From assembly GCA_047602405.1 (NCBI GenBank), contig JASGHJ010000001.1, forward strand, positions 608,001 through 672,000: a stretch of 64,000 nt of DNA. Reading direction: 5' to 3'. The stretch is from Anaeromyxobacteraceae bacterium (lineage in GTDB: Bacteria; Myxococcota; Myxococcia; Myxococcales; Anaeromyxobacteraceae). This document shows, piece by piece, positions 40,180 to 50,957 of the stretch. The position numbers and the translations under genes are program-made. Within the stretch, counting starts at the first letter, position 1; every line of letters begins with the position of its first letter. The notes under the pieces are model-generated. The model did not search any database, was not told the origin of the DNA, and saw only the letters and a program-made list of their open reading frames with translations.

Positions 40180-40776
40180 CTACGGCGCGGGCTTCGCCTT
40201 CACCACGCTCGCCTTCAGGATCCGCACCGCCGGCGTGAGCGTCTGCCCGTCGGCGGGCGCGGCCTGGATCTTCCGCACCACGTCCATCCCCTTCACGACC
40301 TGCCCGAAGGCCGCGAAGCCCTGGCCGTCGGGGTTGCGCTTCCCGCCGAAGTCGAGCTCCGGCTGCGGTCCGACGCAGACGAAGAAGTCGCTCGTGGCGC
40401 TGTCCGGCTCGGCGCGCGCCATCGAGATCGTGCCGTCGAGGTGCCTCAGGCCCGTCTTCGTCGTGCGCTCGAGGCCGATGGCGGGCCAGCCCTTCGCCTC
40501 CTGCTCCGGCGCGACGCCGCCCTGGATGACCTCGATCTTCACCTTGTTGTTGGGCTGGTTGTCGGGCTTCAGCGTCACCGTCCGGTGGAACCGCCCGCCG
40601 TCGTAGTGCCCGGCCTCGACGTAGCGCAGGAAGTTCTTCGCGGTGACCGGCGCGTGCGCGACGTCGACCGCGAGCTCGAGCTCGCCGAGGCCGGTGGTCA
40701 TGACGACGTGGACGGGCTTCGTCGCGGCGGGGCCCGGGGCGGTGAACAGGATGGCGAGGAGCGAGGCGGCGAGCAT
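40180..40776 (-). CDS. cyclophilin-type peptidyl-prolyl isomerase (exported)
   Basis: APVTAKNFLRY, FHR, VIQGG, ISMAR, SATSDFF, FAAFGQVVKGMDVV. Confidence 0.9.
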   Translation of the reverse strand: MLAASLLAILFTAPGPAATKPVHVVMTTGLGELELAVDVAHAPVTAKNFLRYVEAGHYDGGRFHRTVTLKPDNQPNNKVKIEVIQGGVAPEQEAKGWPAIGLERTTKTGLRHLDGTISMARAEPDSATSDFFVCVGPQPELDFGGKRNPDGQGFAAFGQVVKGMDVVRKIQAAPADGQTLTPAVRILKASVVKAKPAP

Positions 40777-40785
40777 GGGAGGAGT

Positions 40786-41565
40786 CTACCGCGGCCTGGG
40801 GTGCAGGACGGCGTGTACGGCCTGGCCGGCGGTGTGGACCCCCGGGGCGACCTGCTCGATGACCAGCGCAGCCGAGACCGTCATCACGAGCACGAGGAGG
40901 GCCGGGCCCCAGGTCGCCCTCGCCGCGGCGCTCCAGGGCTCCTGCACGAGGGGCCTCCCGCGGATGCTCCGGTAGACGAGCCCGCCGAAGGTCGCGTCCA
41001 GCGCCACCTCAGCGAGCAGGCCCGGAGCCGTCCAGACCAACCAGACCGAGACGATGAGCGCCGTGGCGGTCAGGGCCGCGAGCACCGTCACCACGATCGC
41101 GAAGGCGATCCCCTCGAGGTCGAGATCGAGGTCCGGCACGGGCAGGTCGAAGCCGGAGGACGGAGCCTCCACCTCGACGAGGCCCAGGTCCACGGGACCG
41201 CCCGGTCCGCGCGCACCGCGGAGCGCATGGTTGGCCAGGTCCCACGCGCCGCCGGGATCTTCCGCGACGGCGTCCAGGGTCCGGCCGGCCGCCTCCCCGA
41301 GGAAGCGAGCATCCGGTCCGATCCCGGCCGCGACGAGCAACCAGACGCGCAAGAGCACGAGGAACGTGGCGTAGGCGGCGAGGACCCCGAGCAGCCACCG
41401 GAGCGCCATCCGATCCACGCCGTGATGCAAGAGGAACACCGAGGTCAGGAAGCCCACGGCCGCGGTGAGGGTGATCATCCCGAGCATCGCGAGCCGTGGG
41501 TGTCCGCGCTCCACCCACCGCCGCATCTTCGCGTGCTCCCGGGTCCGATCGAAGCGAAGCGCCAT
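40786..41565 (-). CDS. hypothetical multi-TM membrane protein
   Basis: Several hydrophobic helices with an acidic loop (DLPVPDLDLDLEG); start uncertain. Confidence 0.6.
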   Translation of the reverse strand: MALRFDRTREHAKMRRWVERGHPRLAMLGMITLTAAVGFLTSVFLLHHGVDRMALRWLLGVLAAYATFLVLLRVWLLVAAGIGPDARFLGEAAGRTLDAVAEDPGGAWDLANHALRGARGPGGPVDLGLVEVEAPSSGFDLPVPDLDLDLEGIAFAIVVTVLAALTATALIVSVWLVWTAPGLLAEVALDATFGGLVYRSIRGRPLVQEPWSAAARATWGPALLVLVMTVSAALVIEQVAPGVHTAGQAVHAVLHPRPR

Positions 41566-41764
41566 CGGCCACCCCCGCGAACCAGCGGACCAGATCGCGG
41601 CGCGGGACGCGAGCGAAACCGGACGCGACCGAAGGGGTCGCGCGTCACTGTCAGCCAACCTCAGTGTGAGGATCGAATTCTCGAAGGTAAGGGGTCGAGG
41701 GCCTCCAGGTGAAGCTCGTCCTCACGGACGGCAGCGAGCGCACGGTCGACCTCGCGCCGCTCAC

Positions 41765-43423
41765 CTACCCCTCCGCCTCCTCGGCGGCGTCCGTCCCGCC
41801 CTCGCGCTCGCCCTGCGCGAGGAAGATCCGGCGCACGGTCTCGATGGTGTCGGCCTGCTCCACCGGCTTGTCCTCGCGGTAGCGCTTCACGCGCGCGAAG
41901 CGGAGCGCGAGGCCGCCGGGGTAGCGGGTCGAGGCCTGCAGGCCGTCGAAGGCGATCTCGACGACGAGCTCCGGGCGGACGTGCACGACCCAGCCGTCGG
42001 ACTCGCCGAGCGCCATCGAGCGCAGCTTCTCGGTCTGCCAGCGCAGCATCGCGTCGGTCATGCCCTTGAAGGTCTTTCCGAGCATGACGAAGCCGCCGTG
42101 CTCGGGGTCGCGGGCGCCGAGGTGCAGGTTGGAGAGCCAGGCGCTCCGGCGGCCGGAGCCCTTCTCGACCGCGAGCACGACGAGGTCGAGCGTGTGGGCG
42201 CGCTTCACCTTGCGCCAGGCGGCGCCGCGGCGGCCCGCCTCGTAGGGCGCCTCCAGCGACTTCGCGACGATCCCCTCGTGGCCGCGGCCGAGCGCGCCGT
42301 CGAGGAACTCGGTCGCGTCGTCGAGGTCGTCGGTCACGAGCCGGGGCACGCGCATCGTGGCGGGGACCTCGGCCGCGAGCCGCTCGGCGCGGTCGCGCGC
42401 GGTGCGGCCCACGAGGTCCTCGCCGCCGGCGTGGAGGAGGTCGAAGAAGAGGGCGGTGAGGAGCGGACCGCCCCTCGTCTCCGCCCGTTCATCCCGAGCG
42501 TTGGCCCCGCGAAGCGGGTCCGGAGTCGAGGGACGCTCGGGGTGAACGGCTCCAGAGACGTCGCGCCCCCGTCGCCCGAACCGGCTCATCGTGACCTGGA
42601 AGGGCTCGGGCGTGCCGTCGGGCCGGAGCGCGATGGCCTCGCCGTCGAGCACGATCGAGCCGACCGGGAGCCTCTTCACCGCGGCGACGATCTCCGGCAC
42701 CGCGGGCGTCACGTCGCGCAGCGTGCGGGAGAACACGCGTACCTCGTCGCCGTCCCGGTGCACCTGGACCCGGGCGCCGTCGAGCTTCCACTCCAGCGCC
42801 GCCTCGCCGAGCTCGTCGAGCGCCTCGGCGACGTCGGCGGCGGGCGAGGCGAGCATCGGCGAGACCGGCTCGAGGAGGCGCAGCCGGAAGCGCGCGAGGC
42901 CCGCCAGGCTCTCCCCGAGCGCCGCCTCGGCGACCTCGGCGAGCGCGCCGCCCATCATCGCGGCGCGCCGGACCTCGTGGGCGGGGACCTCCGCGGCCTT
43001 CGCGACCGCCTCGACGAGCACGCCCTCGAGGGCGCCCTGGCGGAGCTCGCCGAGCAACAGCCCGGTGAGGAACGCGCGCTCCTCCGCGGTCGCCCGGGAG
43101 AGGAGACCCTCCAGCGTCCGGCGCCGCTCGCCGGCGGAGCCGCCGCCGCGCGCCGCGGCGATCCGCTCGAGCGCGGCCTGCACGTCGGCGAGCTCGAGGG
43201 TGGGCTCCGCGGCCGCGGGGACGGCCTCGAGCGCCGCGCGGACCGTGGCGTGGCCGAGGCCGATCCGGCCCTGCACGAGCTCGCCCGCGAGCCACGCGGC
43301 GCCGAGGCGGCGCTCGCCCGGGCCGAGCGCGCGCAGCACCGCCGCGAGCCGCGAGACCTTCTCGAGGCGCGCGGAGGTACGGGCGACCTCGGCGGAGGTC
43401 CGGGCGAGCTCCTGTAACCTCAC
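41765..43423 (-). CDS. ATP-dependent DNA ligase (LigB-like)
   Basis: PMLA, EWKLDGARVQ, LDGE, FDLL, EGIVAK, WRKVK, LRFAR; GTGA coupling to the upstream gene. Confidence 0.92.
   Translation of the reverse strand: MRLQELARTSAEVARTSARLEKVSRLAAVLRALGPGERRLGAAWLAGELVQGRIGLGHATVRAALEAVPAAAEPTLELADVQAALERIAAARGGGSAGERRRTLEGLLSRATAEERAFLTGLLLGELRQGALEGVLVEAVAKAAEVPAHEVRRAAMMGGALAEVAEAALGESLAGLARFRLRLLEPVSPMLASPAADVAEALDELGEAALEWKLDGARVQVHRDGDEVRVFSRTLRDVTPAVPEIVAAVKRLPVGSIVLDGEAIALRPDGTPEPFQVTMSRFGRRGRDVSGAVHPERPSTPDPLRGANARDERAETRGGPLLTALFFDLLHAGGEDLVGRTARDRAERLAAEVPATMRVPRLVTDDLDDATEFLDGALGRGHEGIVAKSLEAPYEAGRRGAAWRKVKRAHTLDLVVLAVEKGSGRRSAWLSNLHLGARDPEHGGFVMLGKTFKGMTDAMLRWQTEKLRSMALGESDGWVVHVRPELVVEIAFDGLQASTRYPGGLALRFARVKRYREDKPVEQADTIETVRRIFLAQGEREGGTDAAEEAEG
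42485..42549. repeat. REP-like palindromic element, copy 1 (inside the ligase CDS)
   Basis: CCGTTCATCCCGAGCGT ... ACGCTCGGGGTGAACGG (16/17 inverted repeat) with an internal CCGGAGTCGAGGGAC block. Confidence 0.75.
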
Positions 43424-43752
43424 AGGGTGATGACCTGGTCCACCTTCGCGGGCGCGAGCGCCCTGTAGAGGTCCGGGAAGCAGCCGATCGGCACGCCCTC
43501 GAAGAGGCGGTCGGCGATGTTGCGCTGGTAGCAGCACTGGTCGCAGCCCATGAGCAGCATGCCGGTCTTCTTCGAGAGCGCGTGCAGCCGCTCGCCGGTG
43601 GGGTTGCCGCGGGTGAGCAGGTAGTTGTTGTCGAAGAAGAAGAACATGCCGGCGACCTCGGCCCCGTGCCGGCCCTCCTCGAGCTGGGGCACGATCATCT
43701 TCTCGAGGATGAACGAGGCGTTCGGGGTGGAGAACACGTAGGCGACCTTCAT
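43420..43752 (-). CDS. DsrE-related sulfur-relay protein (SaoD-like)
   Basis: MKVAYVF, PQLEEGRHG, GMFFFFDN, GCDQCC, GCFPDLY, DQVITL. Confidence 0.7.
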   Translation of the reverse strand: MKVAYVFSTPNASFILEKMIVPQLEEGRHGAEVAGMFFFFDNNYLLTRGNPTGERLHALSKKTGMLLMGCDQCCYQRNIADRLFEGVPIGCFPDLYRALAPAKVDQVITL

Positions 43753-44144
43753 GCGGGCTCCTGGGCAGGGGTGGGACGGGTGACGCGAGAGAGGGCGTCC
43801 AGGACCGCCGCGGCGACGATGGCCGCGCGGTCGCGGTGGGCGGGGTGGATCCCGCGGACCCGCGCCTGCAGCGCGGCCGGGCCGAGGTCGGTGACGCCGG
43901 CCTCGAGCGCGCGGCAGGCGGCCTCGGCGTACGCGACGAGCGAGGCGCAGACGGTGGCCTGGAACCGGGCGCGCGCGACCCACCCTCGGCCGTCGAGCCA
44001 CAGCCCCACGCGCACGAACCGGTCGCCGGCGCGCGCCTCGCCGAGGACGTGCGGACCGTCGAGGGGCCCGCCGTGGGCGGGATCGGAGAGGAGGTCGCCC
44101 GCCGTGGGGACGGCCGCCCGCGGCGCGGAGGGGTCCGGGTTCAC
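43749..44144 (-). CDS. degenerate IscU/NifU-N-like protein
   Basis: DPAHGGPL...GD.....L......ARFQATVCASLVA pattern of the IscU/SufU fold; start uncertain. Confidence 0.55.
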   Translation of the reverse strand: MNPDPSAPRAAVPTAGDLLSDPAHGGPLDGPHVLGEARAGDRFVRVGLWLDGRGWVARARFQATVCASLVAYAEAACRALEAGVTDLGPAALQARVRGIHPAHRDRAAIVAAAVLDALSRVTRPTPAQEPA

Positions 44145-44224
44145 CCCCGGGAGTGTGGTGGAGTCCTCGCGCCGCCGCCACGCCCATGTGAATGCGGCCC
44201 GCGGCCGGGGCGTGGCAACCAGGA

Positions 44225-44683
44225 TCAGTACTTCGAATCCTCCGCCTCGATGAGGCGGTAGATCGCGGCCGCGTCGGGCGCGGCCAGGATCGTCTCGCGG
44301 AACGCCGGGTTCTTGAAGATCCGGCTGATGCGCGCGAGGGCCTTCAGGTGCGCCCCGGCCGAGTTCTCGGGCGCGAACAGCGTGAAGAAGAGGTAGGTGG
44401 GCTTGCCGTCGATGGCGCGGAAGTCCACGCCGCCCGGCGCACGGCCGAAGCTCGCGATCAGGCCCGGGAGCCCGGCGACCTTGCCGTGCGGGATGGCCAC
44501 GCCGTCGCCGATGCCGGTCGACCCGAGCTTCTCGCGCTCCAGCAGCGTCTCGAGGAGCTTCTGAGGATCCACCCGCTGCGCCGCGGCCAGCGGCCGGCAC
44601 AGCTCGGCGAGCGCGGCCGCCCCGGTCGCGCCGGAGACGTCCGCGAGCACCGCTTCTGGCCGGAGGAACTCGACGATCTTCAT
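44225..44683 (-). CDS. ptsN: PTS IIA-like nitrogen regulatory protein
   Basis: REKLGSTGIGDGVAIPH, HLKALARIS; rpoN operon context. Confidence 0.92.
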   Translation of the reverse strand: MKIVEFLRPEAVLADVSGATGAAALAELCRPLAAAQRVDPQKLLETLLEREKLGSTGIGDGVAIPHGKVAGLPGLIASFGRAPGGVDFRAIDGKPTYLFFTLFAPENSAGAHLKALARISRIFKNPAFRETILAAPDAAAIYRLIEAEDSKY

Positions 44684-44800
44684 CGGCGCGAACCCCAGCT
44701 AACACAGGTGCGGACGACCCGGCAAGACGGCAAGCCAGGCTTCGCGCGGGTTCGTGCGCGGGGCGCGGGGCCCGGCGGCCCCGCGTCCCGTGACCGCGGC

Positions 44801-45403
44801 TCAGGCCCGGCCGTTCACCGCCTGCTTCATGGGCGCGGCGGTCCCGGTCCCGGCCTCCAGCAACCCGAGGGTGCCGTCGTCGCGCTTGTAGACGACGTTC
44901 ACGGCCTGGGTCGCCTCGTTCAGGAACACGAAGAAGGTCGAGTCGAGCAGCTCCATCTGCAGGATCGCGTCGTCCACCGACATCGGCCGCGCCTCGAAGC
45001 GCTTGCTCTTCACGACCCGGTGGCTGGGACGGTCGGGGTTCTCGAGCACGTCGAGGACGTCGTGGCGGACGTCGACCGCCTGGGAGGCGGCGAGGGGGAC
45101 CGGCGTCGGGGAGGACTTCCTGGTGGTGATCTTCTCCTTGTGCTTCTTGAGCTGGCGCTCGATGCGCTCGGCGGCGGCGTCGATGGAGGCGTACATGTCC
45201 TCGGACTTCGCGGTGCCGCGCAGCAGGAACTTGCCGGCCTTCAGGGTGATCTCGGCGTGGTGGTGCAGGTGCTCGACGTGGAGCACGGCGTGCGCCTCGC
45301 CGGGCCTGTCGACGTACCGCTGACAGTGCTCGATGCGGCTGCGCACGTGGTCCTTCAGCGCTTCGGTGGGCTCGAGATGCCGGAAGGTGACGTTGACCTG
45401 CAT
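44801..45403 (-). CDS. hpf: ribosome hibernation promoting factor (long HPF)
   Basis: MQVNVTFRH, DMYASID, PMSVDDAILQMELL, NVVYKRDDG. Confidence 0.92.
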   Translation of the reverse strand: MQVNVTFRHLEPTEALKDHVRSRIEHCQRYVDRPGEAHAVLHVEHLHHHAEITLKAGKFLLRGTAKSEDMYASIDAAAERIERQLKKHKEKITTRKSSPTPVPLAASQAVDVRHDVLDVLENPDRPSHRVVKSKRFEARPMSVDDAILQMELLDSTFFVFLNEATQAVNVVYKRDDGTLGLLEAGTGTAAPMKQAVNGRA

Positions 45404-45682
45404 GAGTTGCTCCCTCAGCCTGCGGGGGAAAATGCTACGGCCGCGCTCCGGCGGATGCTGCTTCCGCCGGCCTCGCGGCCGTTCGATGTTGCCCACGGAC
45501 GGACAACATTCACGTGAGGATTGTAACGCCCTCGAGCGGGCGGGGATCCGCCCCGTGGTCGAAGGACGGGATCCTGAGTGGGTCCACCCGCGGGGGCGGG
45601 TGCGGGGCGCACGTGCACCGACCCGCGGTACGGGCGCTCGGCAGATTGACCGGTTCGGCTCGCGAAGCCGCTCGCGCGCGGA

Positions 45683-47188
45683 CTAAAAGTACTTCTTGCG
45701 CTTCGAGCTCGGCAGGATCCCCAGCACCTCGCGGTACTTCGCCACGGTGCGGCGCGCGATCTCGATGTTCTGGGTCTTCAGGATCTCGACGATCCGCTGG
45801 TCCGAGTGGGGATGGCGCGGGTCCTCGGCGGAGACGATCTGGCGGATGTGGTTCTTGACCGCCTCGGAGGCGATCTCGTCGCCGCCGGTCTTCGCGATGG
45901 CCGAGTTGAAGAAGAACTTGAGCTCGTAGATGCCCTGCGGCGTGTGGACGTACTTGTTGGTCGTGACCCGCGAGACGGTCGACTCGTGCATCCCGATGTC
46001 CTCGGCGACGTCGCGGAGGATCAGCGGCTTCAGGTGCGCGATGCCGCGGTCGAGGAAGTCCCGCTGGAACTTCACGATCGACTCGGTGACCTTGTAGATG
46101 GTCCGCTGGCGCTGGTGGATGGAGCGGATGAGCCACACCGCGCTGCGCAGCTTGTCCTGGATGTACTCCTTCGCGGCGCCGGCCTGCCCGTTCTTGAGCG
46201 CCGCCCGGTACATGCCGGAGATGCGGAGCTTCGAGAGGCCGTCGTCGTTGAGGACGGTGACGTACTTGTCCCCCATCTTGTGAACGTAGACGTCGGGGGT
46301 GATGTACTGCGCGTCCTCGCCGGTGTACGCGCGGCCGGGCTTCGGCTCGAGCTTCGAGATCACCCGGACGGCCTTCACGACCTCCTCGATGGTGATCTTG
46401 AGGTCCTTCGCGATCGCCTGGAAGTTCTTCGACTCGAGGTGCTTCAGGTGACGCTCGATGATCGCGACGATCTCGGGCGTGTCGGCGTTGATGTGGCGGA
46501 CCTGGAGCAGGAGGCACTCGCGCAGGTTGCGGGCGGCGACGCCAATCGGGTCGAGCGTCTGGACCTTGTGCAGCACGTGCTCGGCGAACTCGACGCCGCA
46601 GCCGCACTCGAACGACACGCGGACGATCGGGTCGCGCGGGGTCGCGTCCTCGGTCTCGCCCTCGACCGCCGGCATCTTGAAGTAGCCGTCGTCGTCGAGG
46701 TTCCCGATGATGAACATCGCGACCTGCTCCTCCTCGTGCGTGAAGTGCGAGAGGCGGAGCTGCCAGACGAGGTGGTCGACGAGGTCGGTCTTCTTGGTGA
46801 GGGTGGCCTCGTAGCCGGGGAGCTCCTCGTCGGCGAGGCCGCGGTTCGACGGCGCGGTGTGGCCCTGGAGCTGGTAGTGGTCGAGGTACTGGTCCCAGTC
46901 GATCTCGTTCTGGCCCTCCTCGCCCTTCACCTCCTCGGCGCGTTCGGCCTCCTTGTGCTCGGGCTTGGCCTCGTGCTCGGCGACCTCGGCGGGGCTCTCG
47001 CCGCTCTGGACCGGCTCCTCCTCCGGCTCGTCGGCGCCCTCGAGCATCGGGTTCTCGGTGACCTCGGTGCGGATGAGGTCCACGAGCTCCATCCGCGAGA
47101 GCTGGAGCAGCTTGATGGCCTGCTGCAGCTGGGGCGTCATCACCAGCTGCTGCGTCATCTTGAGGCTTTGCTTCAGCTCGAGGCTCAT
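45683..47188 (-). CDS. rpoN: RNA polymerase sigma-54 factor
   Basis: [23 protein letters not shown], RpoN box [10 protein letters not shown]. Confidence 0.97.
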   Translation of the reverse strand: MSLELKQSLKMTQQLVMTPQLQQAIKLLQLSRMELVDLIRTEVTENPMLEGADEPEEEPVQSGESPAEVAEHEAKPEHKEAERAEEVKGEEGQNEIDWDQYLDHYQLQGHTAPSNRGLADEELPGYEATLTKKTDLVDHLVWQLRLSHFTHEEEQVAMFIIGNLDDDGYFKMPAVEGETEDATPRDPIVRVSFECGCGVEFAEHVLHKVQTLDPIGVAARNLRECLLLQVRHINADTPEIVAIIERHLKHLESKNFQAIAKDLKITIEEVVKAVRVISKLEPKPGRAYTGEDAQYITPDVYVHKMGDKYVTVLNDDGLSKLRISGMYRAALKNGQAGAAKEYIQDKLRSAVWLIRSIHQRQRTIYKVTESIVKFQRDFLDRGIAHLKPLILRDVAEDIGMHESTVSRVTTNKYVHTPQGIYELKFFFNSAIAKTGGDEIASEAVKNHIRQIVSAEDPRHPHSDQRIVEILKTQNIEIARRTVAKYREVLGILPSSKRKKYF

Positions 47189-47934
47189 CTCGCTTCCGTC
47201 CCCTCTTCCAGCCTGAACTTCTCGCCGAGGTACACCGCCCGCGCGCGCGGGCTGGCCGCGATCTCGGCCGGGGTGCCGGCCTCGAGCAGCGTGCCCGACG
47301 AGAGGATGTAGGCCCGGGTGCAGATGCCGAGCGCCTCGCGCACGGCGTGATCGGTGATGAGGACGCCGATGCCCCGGTCGCGGAGCGACCCGATGAGGCG
47401 CTGCAGCTCGCCCACCGCGATGGGGTCGACGCCCGCGAAGGGCTCGTCGAACAGGATGTGGCGCGGGTCGGAGAGCAGGCTGCGCGCCACCTCGGCCCGG
47501 CGCCGCTCCCCGCCGGAGAGCTGCTCGCCGAGGCTGTTCACGATCTTCTCGAGCCGGAACTCCTCGATGAGCGCGTCGGCCCGCCTCTCGCGCTCGGCCT
47601 TGCCCTTGCCGAGCGCCTCGAGCACGGCGATGAAGTTCTGCCGGACGGTCAGCTTCCGGAAGATCGACGCCTCCTGCGGCAGGTACCCCACCCCGAGCCG
47701 CGCGCGGCGGTGCATCGGGAGCTTCGTGAGGTCGGCGTCGCCGAGCGTCACCTTGCCGGCGTCGGGCACGACGAGCCCGACCACCATGTTGAACGAGGTC
47801 GTCTTGCCCGCGCCGTTCGGCCCGAGCAGCCCGACCACCTCGCCCGGCTCGACGTGGAAGGACACGCCGTCGACCACGCGGCGGCCGCGGTAGGTCTTCT
47901 GGAGGCCCTCGGCCTTGAGCAGGTCGGCGCTCAC
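47185..47934 (-). CDS. lptB: LPS export ABC transporter ATP-binding protein
   Basis: [35 protein letters not shown]. Confidence 0.95.
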   Translation of the reverse strand: MSADLLKAEGLQKTYRGRRVVDGVSFHVEPGEVVGLLGPNGAGKTTSFNMVVGLVVPDAGKVTLGDADLTKLPMHRRARLGVGYLPQEASIFRKLTVRQNFIAVLEALGKGKAERERRADALIEEFRLEKIVNSLGEQLSGGERRRAEVARSLLSDPRHILFDEPFAGVDPIAVGELQRLIGSLRDRGIGVLITDHAVREALGICTRAYILSSGTLLEAGTPAEIAASPRARAVYLGEKFRLEEGTEAR

Positions 47935-48542
47935 CGCTTCACGTCCCCCGCGCCCTTCGCCCGGCGCCGCTCCTGGAGCTCGGCCTTGCGCTGCTCGACC
48001 TCGTCGTTCGGCACCGTCACCTGCACGGGCTTTCCGGGCTCGCCCTCGAACCGGACCTCGTCCTCCCTGAGGTCGTAGACGAGCTTCGTGCCGCGCGCCT
48101 CGCTGCCCGCGTCGCGCAGCACCGGGTTGCCCTCGCAGGTGACCCGGTCGCTCGCGCCGTCGAAGACCGCGCGGTCGCAGGTGAGCTCCCGCAGGCCGCG
48201 CACGAGGCGGACGTCGCCGGTGCAGTTCGCGGTGGCGACGCGGTTCGAGGCGTCGGTGCGGACGAGGATCTCCTTGCAGCTGAGCCGCGCGTCGTCGCGG
48301 GTCAGCACCACCGGCGCACCGCGGCTCGAGGCCGCCATCTCGCGCTTCTTGAACCGGTACTGGACGTCGACCGCCTCGAGCACGAGCAGGCCCCCACCGG
48401 TGGTGGCGAGGCGGGCGCCCGGCTGCCTCGCCGCGGCCTTCGCCGCGGCCTTCGCCGGCGGCGCCTTCGGCGCGACGGCGGCCGCCGGGGCGGCGACCGG
48501 CGCCTGGAGCGCCAGCGCGGCGATGAGGCCGAGCACCGTCAC
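47931..48542 (-). CDS. lptA: LptA/OstA-family protein
   Basis: Signal peptide, beta-jellyroll-like GDVRL, GNPVL, G.KLVYDL; position upstream of lptB. Confidence 0.7.
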   Translation of the reverse strand: MTVLGLIAALALQAPVAAPAAAVAPKAPPAKAAAKAAARQPGARLATTGGGLLVLEAVDVQYRFKKREMAASSRGAPVVLTRDDARLSCKEILVRTDASNRVATANCTGDVRLVRGLRELTCDRAVFDGASDRVTCEGNPVLRDAGSEARGTKLVYDLREDEVRFEGEPGKPVQVTVPNDEVEQRKAELQERRRAKGAGDVKR

Positions 48543-49072
48543 CGGGTCCCCGCCTCCTGCGCCTCGAGCCGGACCCCGCCGCCGACCGTGAGGTCGCCGG
48601 AGCGCGGATCCGCGGTGAACCCCTTGCCCGTCAGCTTCCAGGCGGCCTTGCCCGTGCCGTCGACGGCGACCGGCTCCTCGCCCCGGATCAGGGGCGGCGG
48701 GCCGGCCACGTAGGTCGCGGAGGCCGTCCGGGCGGTCGCGTCGGCCCGCTGGAGGACGAGGCCGCCCGAGGCCGTGAAGGTCCGCTCCTTGAGCCTTCCG
48801 TGGCCCTCGGCGGCGGTCAACCGGGCGTCGCCGCCCGACGGGGCCGCGAGGTCCGCGGTGAGATTCCGTGCCAGGAGCTCGTTCGTCGCCCGCCGGTAAT
48901 CGGCGCGGGCGGCCTGCCCGGACGCGCGCAGCGCGCTCCCCCGGTAGACCCTGAACTGCACCCCTTCGAGCTTCAGACCTGGCACGAGCTCCTCGGACGA
49001 CCCCTGACCGCTCTGTCGACAACCGGCGCAGACGAGGGCCATCCACAGCGCCACCCACGTCGACCGGCTCAT
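48539..49072 (-). CDS. lptC: LptC-like lipoprotein
   Basis: Lipobox-like VCAGC, beta-rich sequence; position upstream of lptA-lptB. Confidence 0.6.
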   Translation of the reverse strand: MSRSTWVALWMALVCAGCRQSGQGSSEELVPGLKLEGVQFRVYRGSALRASGQAARADYRRATNELLARNLTADLAAPSGGDARLTAAEGHGRLKERTFTASGGLVLQRADATARTASATYVAGPPPLIRGEEPVAVDGTGKAAWKLTGKGFTADPRSGDLTVGGGVRLEAQEAGTR

Positions 49073-49329
49073 CCAAGACCGCCAAACCATAGCATTCTTT
49101 CCCCGTCTGATCGACGGGCACACCCCTTGCTAGTGTTTGTCAAGGCCCCTGGTCTAGGCAGCGGAAAGCTCAGCCTTTTTTCGGCATCGACTTTGCTAGG
49201 GGTGCCGCTTGCCTTCAGGGCCTCGGATCAGGCAGGCGGCCGGACGGGGTCCCTCCCGGCCGCGAGGGCGGGAGGGTACCACGGGCCAAAACCGAGGGCC
49301 CGCGGCGGGGCGCGGTGTACTTTCGCAGG

Positions 49330-49996
49330 GTGGAAACGACTCCGGGCGTACCCGCCCCGCCGCTCCTCCGCCCGTACACGCCGTGGGCCACGCGGATCAC
49401 GCTCGCGGTCGTGGCGGCCGTGTCGCTCCTCGCCCTGGTCCTGCCGGCCGGCGCGCTGCTCGACCACCTCAGGAAGGACAACGACGCCCTCGACGACGGC
49501 GAGTGGTGGCGCCTCGTGACGCCCGGCCTCGTGCACGGCAACGCGATGCACCTCGCGATGAACGGCATCTTCCTCGCCGACCTCGGCGGCCTCGTCGAGC
49601 GGCTCTTCGGCCCGGGGCGGATGCTGCTCGTGCTGTGGGGCTCGGTGGTGACCGGCACGCTCGCGAGCTACCTCGTGAACCCGTCGCCGTCGGTCGGCAT
49701 CTCCGGCGGGCTCTTCGGCCTCGTCGGGGCGCTCCTCGCCCAGGGGCTCCGGCACTGGCGCCGGCTCTCGCCGGAGGGCCGCAAGCTCTTCCTGCGTGGG
49801 CCGATCGAGAATCGTGCTCCTCAACCTCGCGCTCGGCTTCGCGCTGCCCTCGATCGACAACTCCGCCCACCTCGGCGGCCTCGTGGGCGGCCTCGTGATC
49901 GGGGTGGTCGCCGGCTTCCCGCCGGACGTGCGGGCGCTGCTCGGGGCGCGGCCGCAACAGCCGCCTCCCTTCATGGACCGCTCCCCCCGAGCGTAG
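49330..49996 (+). pseudogene. frameshifted rhomboid intramembrane protease
   Basis: EWWRLVT, H.N.MH, VGISG (Ser) in one frame; IDNSAHLGG (His) in another; one extra A at about 49810 (ATCGAGA-ATCGTG). Confidence 0.75.
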
Positions 49997-50003
49997 GGCC
50001 GCG

Positions 50004-50864
50004 TCAGCGGCCCGGAGCCGAGGGGCGGGACGCCCGCGCGATCAGCGCGTCGAGCCCGGGCCACCCGTCCCGGCGCAGCGAGAACTTCCCGGCCGCGTCG
50101 CCCCACCGCTCGCCGGCGGTCAGCCGCGCCGCGAGCAGCGCCGGGTCGCGCACCCAGGTGCCGCCGAGCGCCGTCACGCCGCGGGCGAAGAGCGCGTCCG
50201 GCACGAAGCTCGCCGACGGGCCGACGATGACGAGCTCCCGCGCGCCCCGGGCCGCCGCGAGCACCCCGTCGAGCGTGTCGTTGAGGAGCACCGTGCTCGT
50301 CGAGACCACGGCGTCGCAGCCGGCGAGCCGGGCGGGATCGAGGGTGACGGTGAGCCCCGGCTCCTCGCGCACGAGCTCGCCCTTCAGCTCGAGCACGGTG
50401 AGCCCGATGCCCTGCTCGCGGGCGCGCCGCACGAGCGGCGGGAAGAAGCCGATCATCCCGAGCCGGCCGCCCGGCGCGGCGCCGATCGAGCCGAACGCAT
50501 CGACGGCGGGATCGGGCGTGAACCCGGCGCGGTCGAGGAGGTGCCGGGTGAGCGCGTTCAAGGCCGCGAGCCCGAGCGCCCGCGCCGCGGGATCCGGCGA
50601 GGCGAGGCCCTCGGCGAGCGCGAGGGCGCCGCGCGCCACGAGCGCGCCCGCGTCGAGCGCCTGGAGCCGCGCGCGCGTGTCGCCGAGGAGCACGTAGCAG
50701 AGCCCGGTCGCGCCGCCCTCGAGCTGCACGGCGAGGAACGAGCCGTCCTTCTCCGGCGCGGCGTGCTCCGGCGACGGGACGAGGACCCGCGCGACCGGCG
50801 GCGGCGGGACCGCGGCCGCGATGCGCCGCGCGGCGGCGACGAGCTCGGCGTGGAGGGTGCTCAC
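50004..50864 (-). CDS. DUF364 / Rossmann-like domain protein
   Basis: LGLAALNA, GMIGFFPPL, STVLLNDTLD, VGPSASFVPDALFARGV. Confidence 0.75.
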   Translation of the reverse strand: MSTLHAELVAAARRIAAAVPPPPVARVLVPSPEHAAPEKDGSFLAVQLEGGATGLCYVLLGDTRARLQALDAGALVARGALALAEGLASPDPAARALGLAALNALTRHLLDRAGFTPDPAVDAFGSIGAAPGGRLGMIGFFPPLVRRAREQGIGLTVLELKGELVREEPGLTVTLDPARLAGCDAVVSTSTVLLNDTLDGVLAAARGARELVIVGPSASFVPDALFARGVTALGGTWVRDPALLAARLTAGERWGDAAGKFSLRRDGWPGLDALIARASRPSAPGR

Positions 50865-50957
50865 CCGAACCCGACCGTACCCGTCAGGAGTGGCTCCGCA
50901 CAAGCGCGTACGTGCGCGGCTTCCCGATCCGCGACGCGCTGCCGTGACGCCGAGCGG

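Noticed and set aside
43420..43752. Selenocysteine read-through in the SaoD-like gene
   Set aside because: No in-frame TGA at a Cys position; the terminal TGA overlaps the ligase start.
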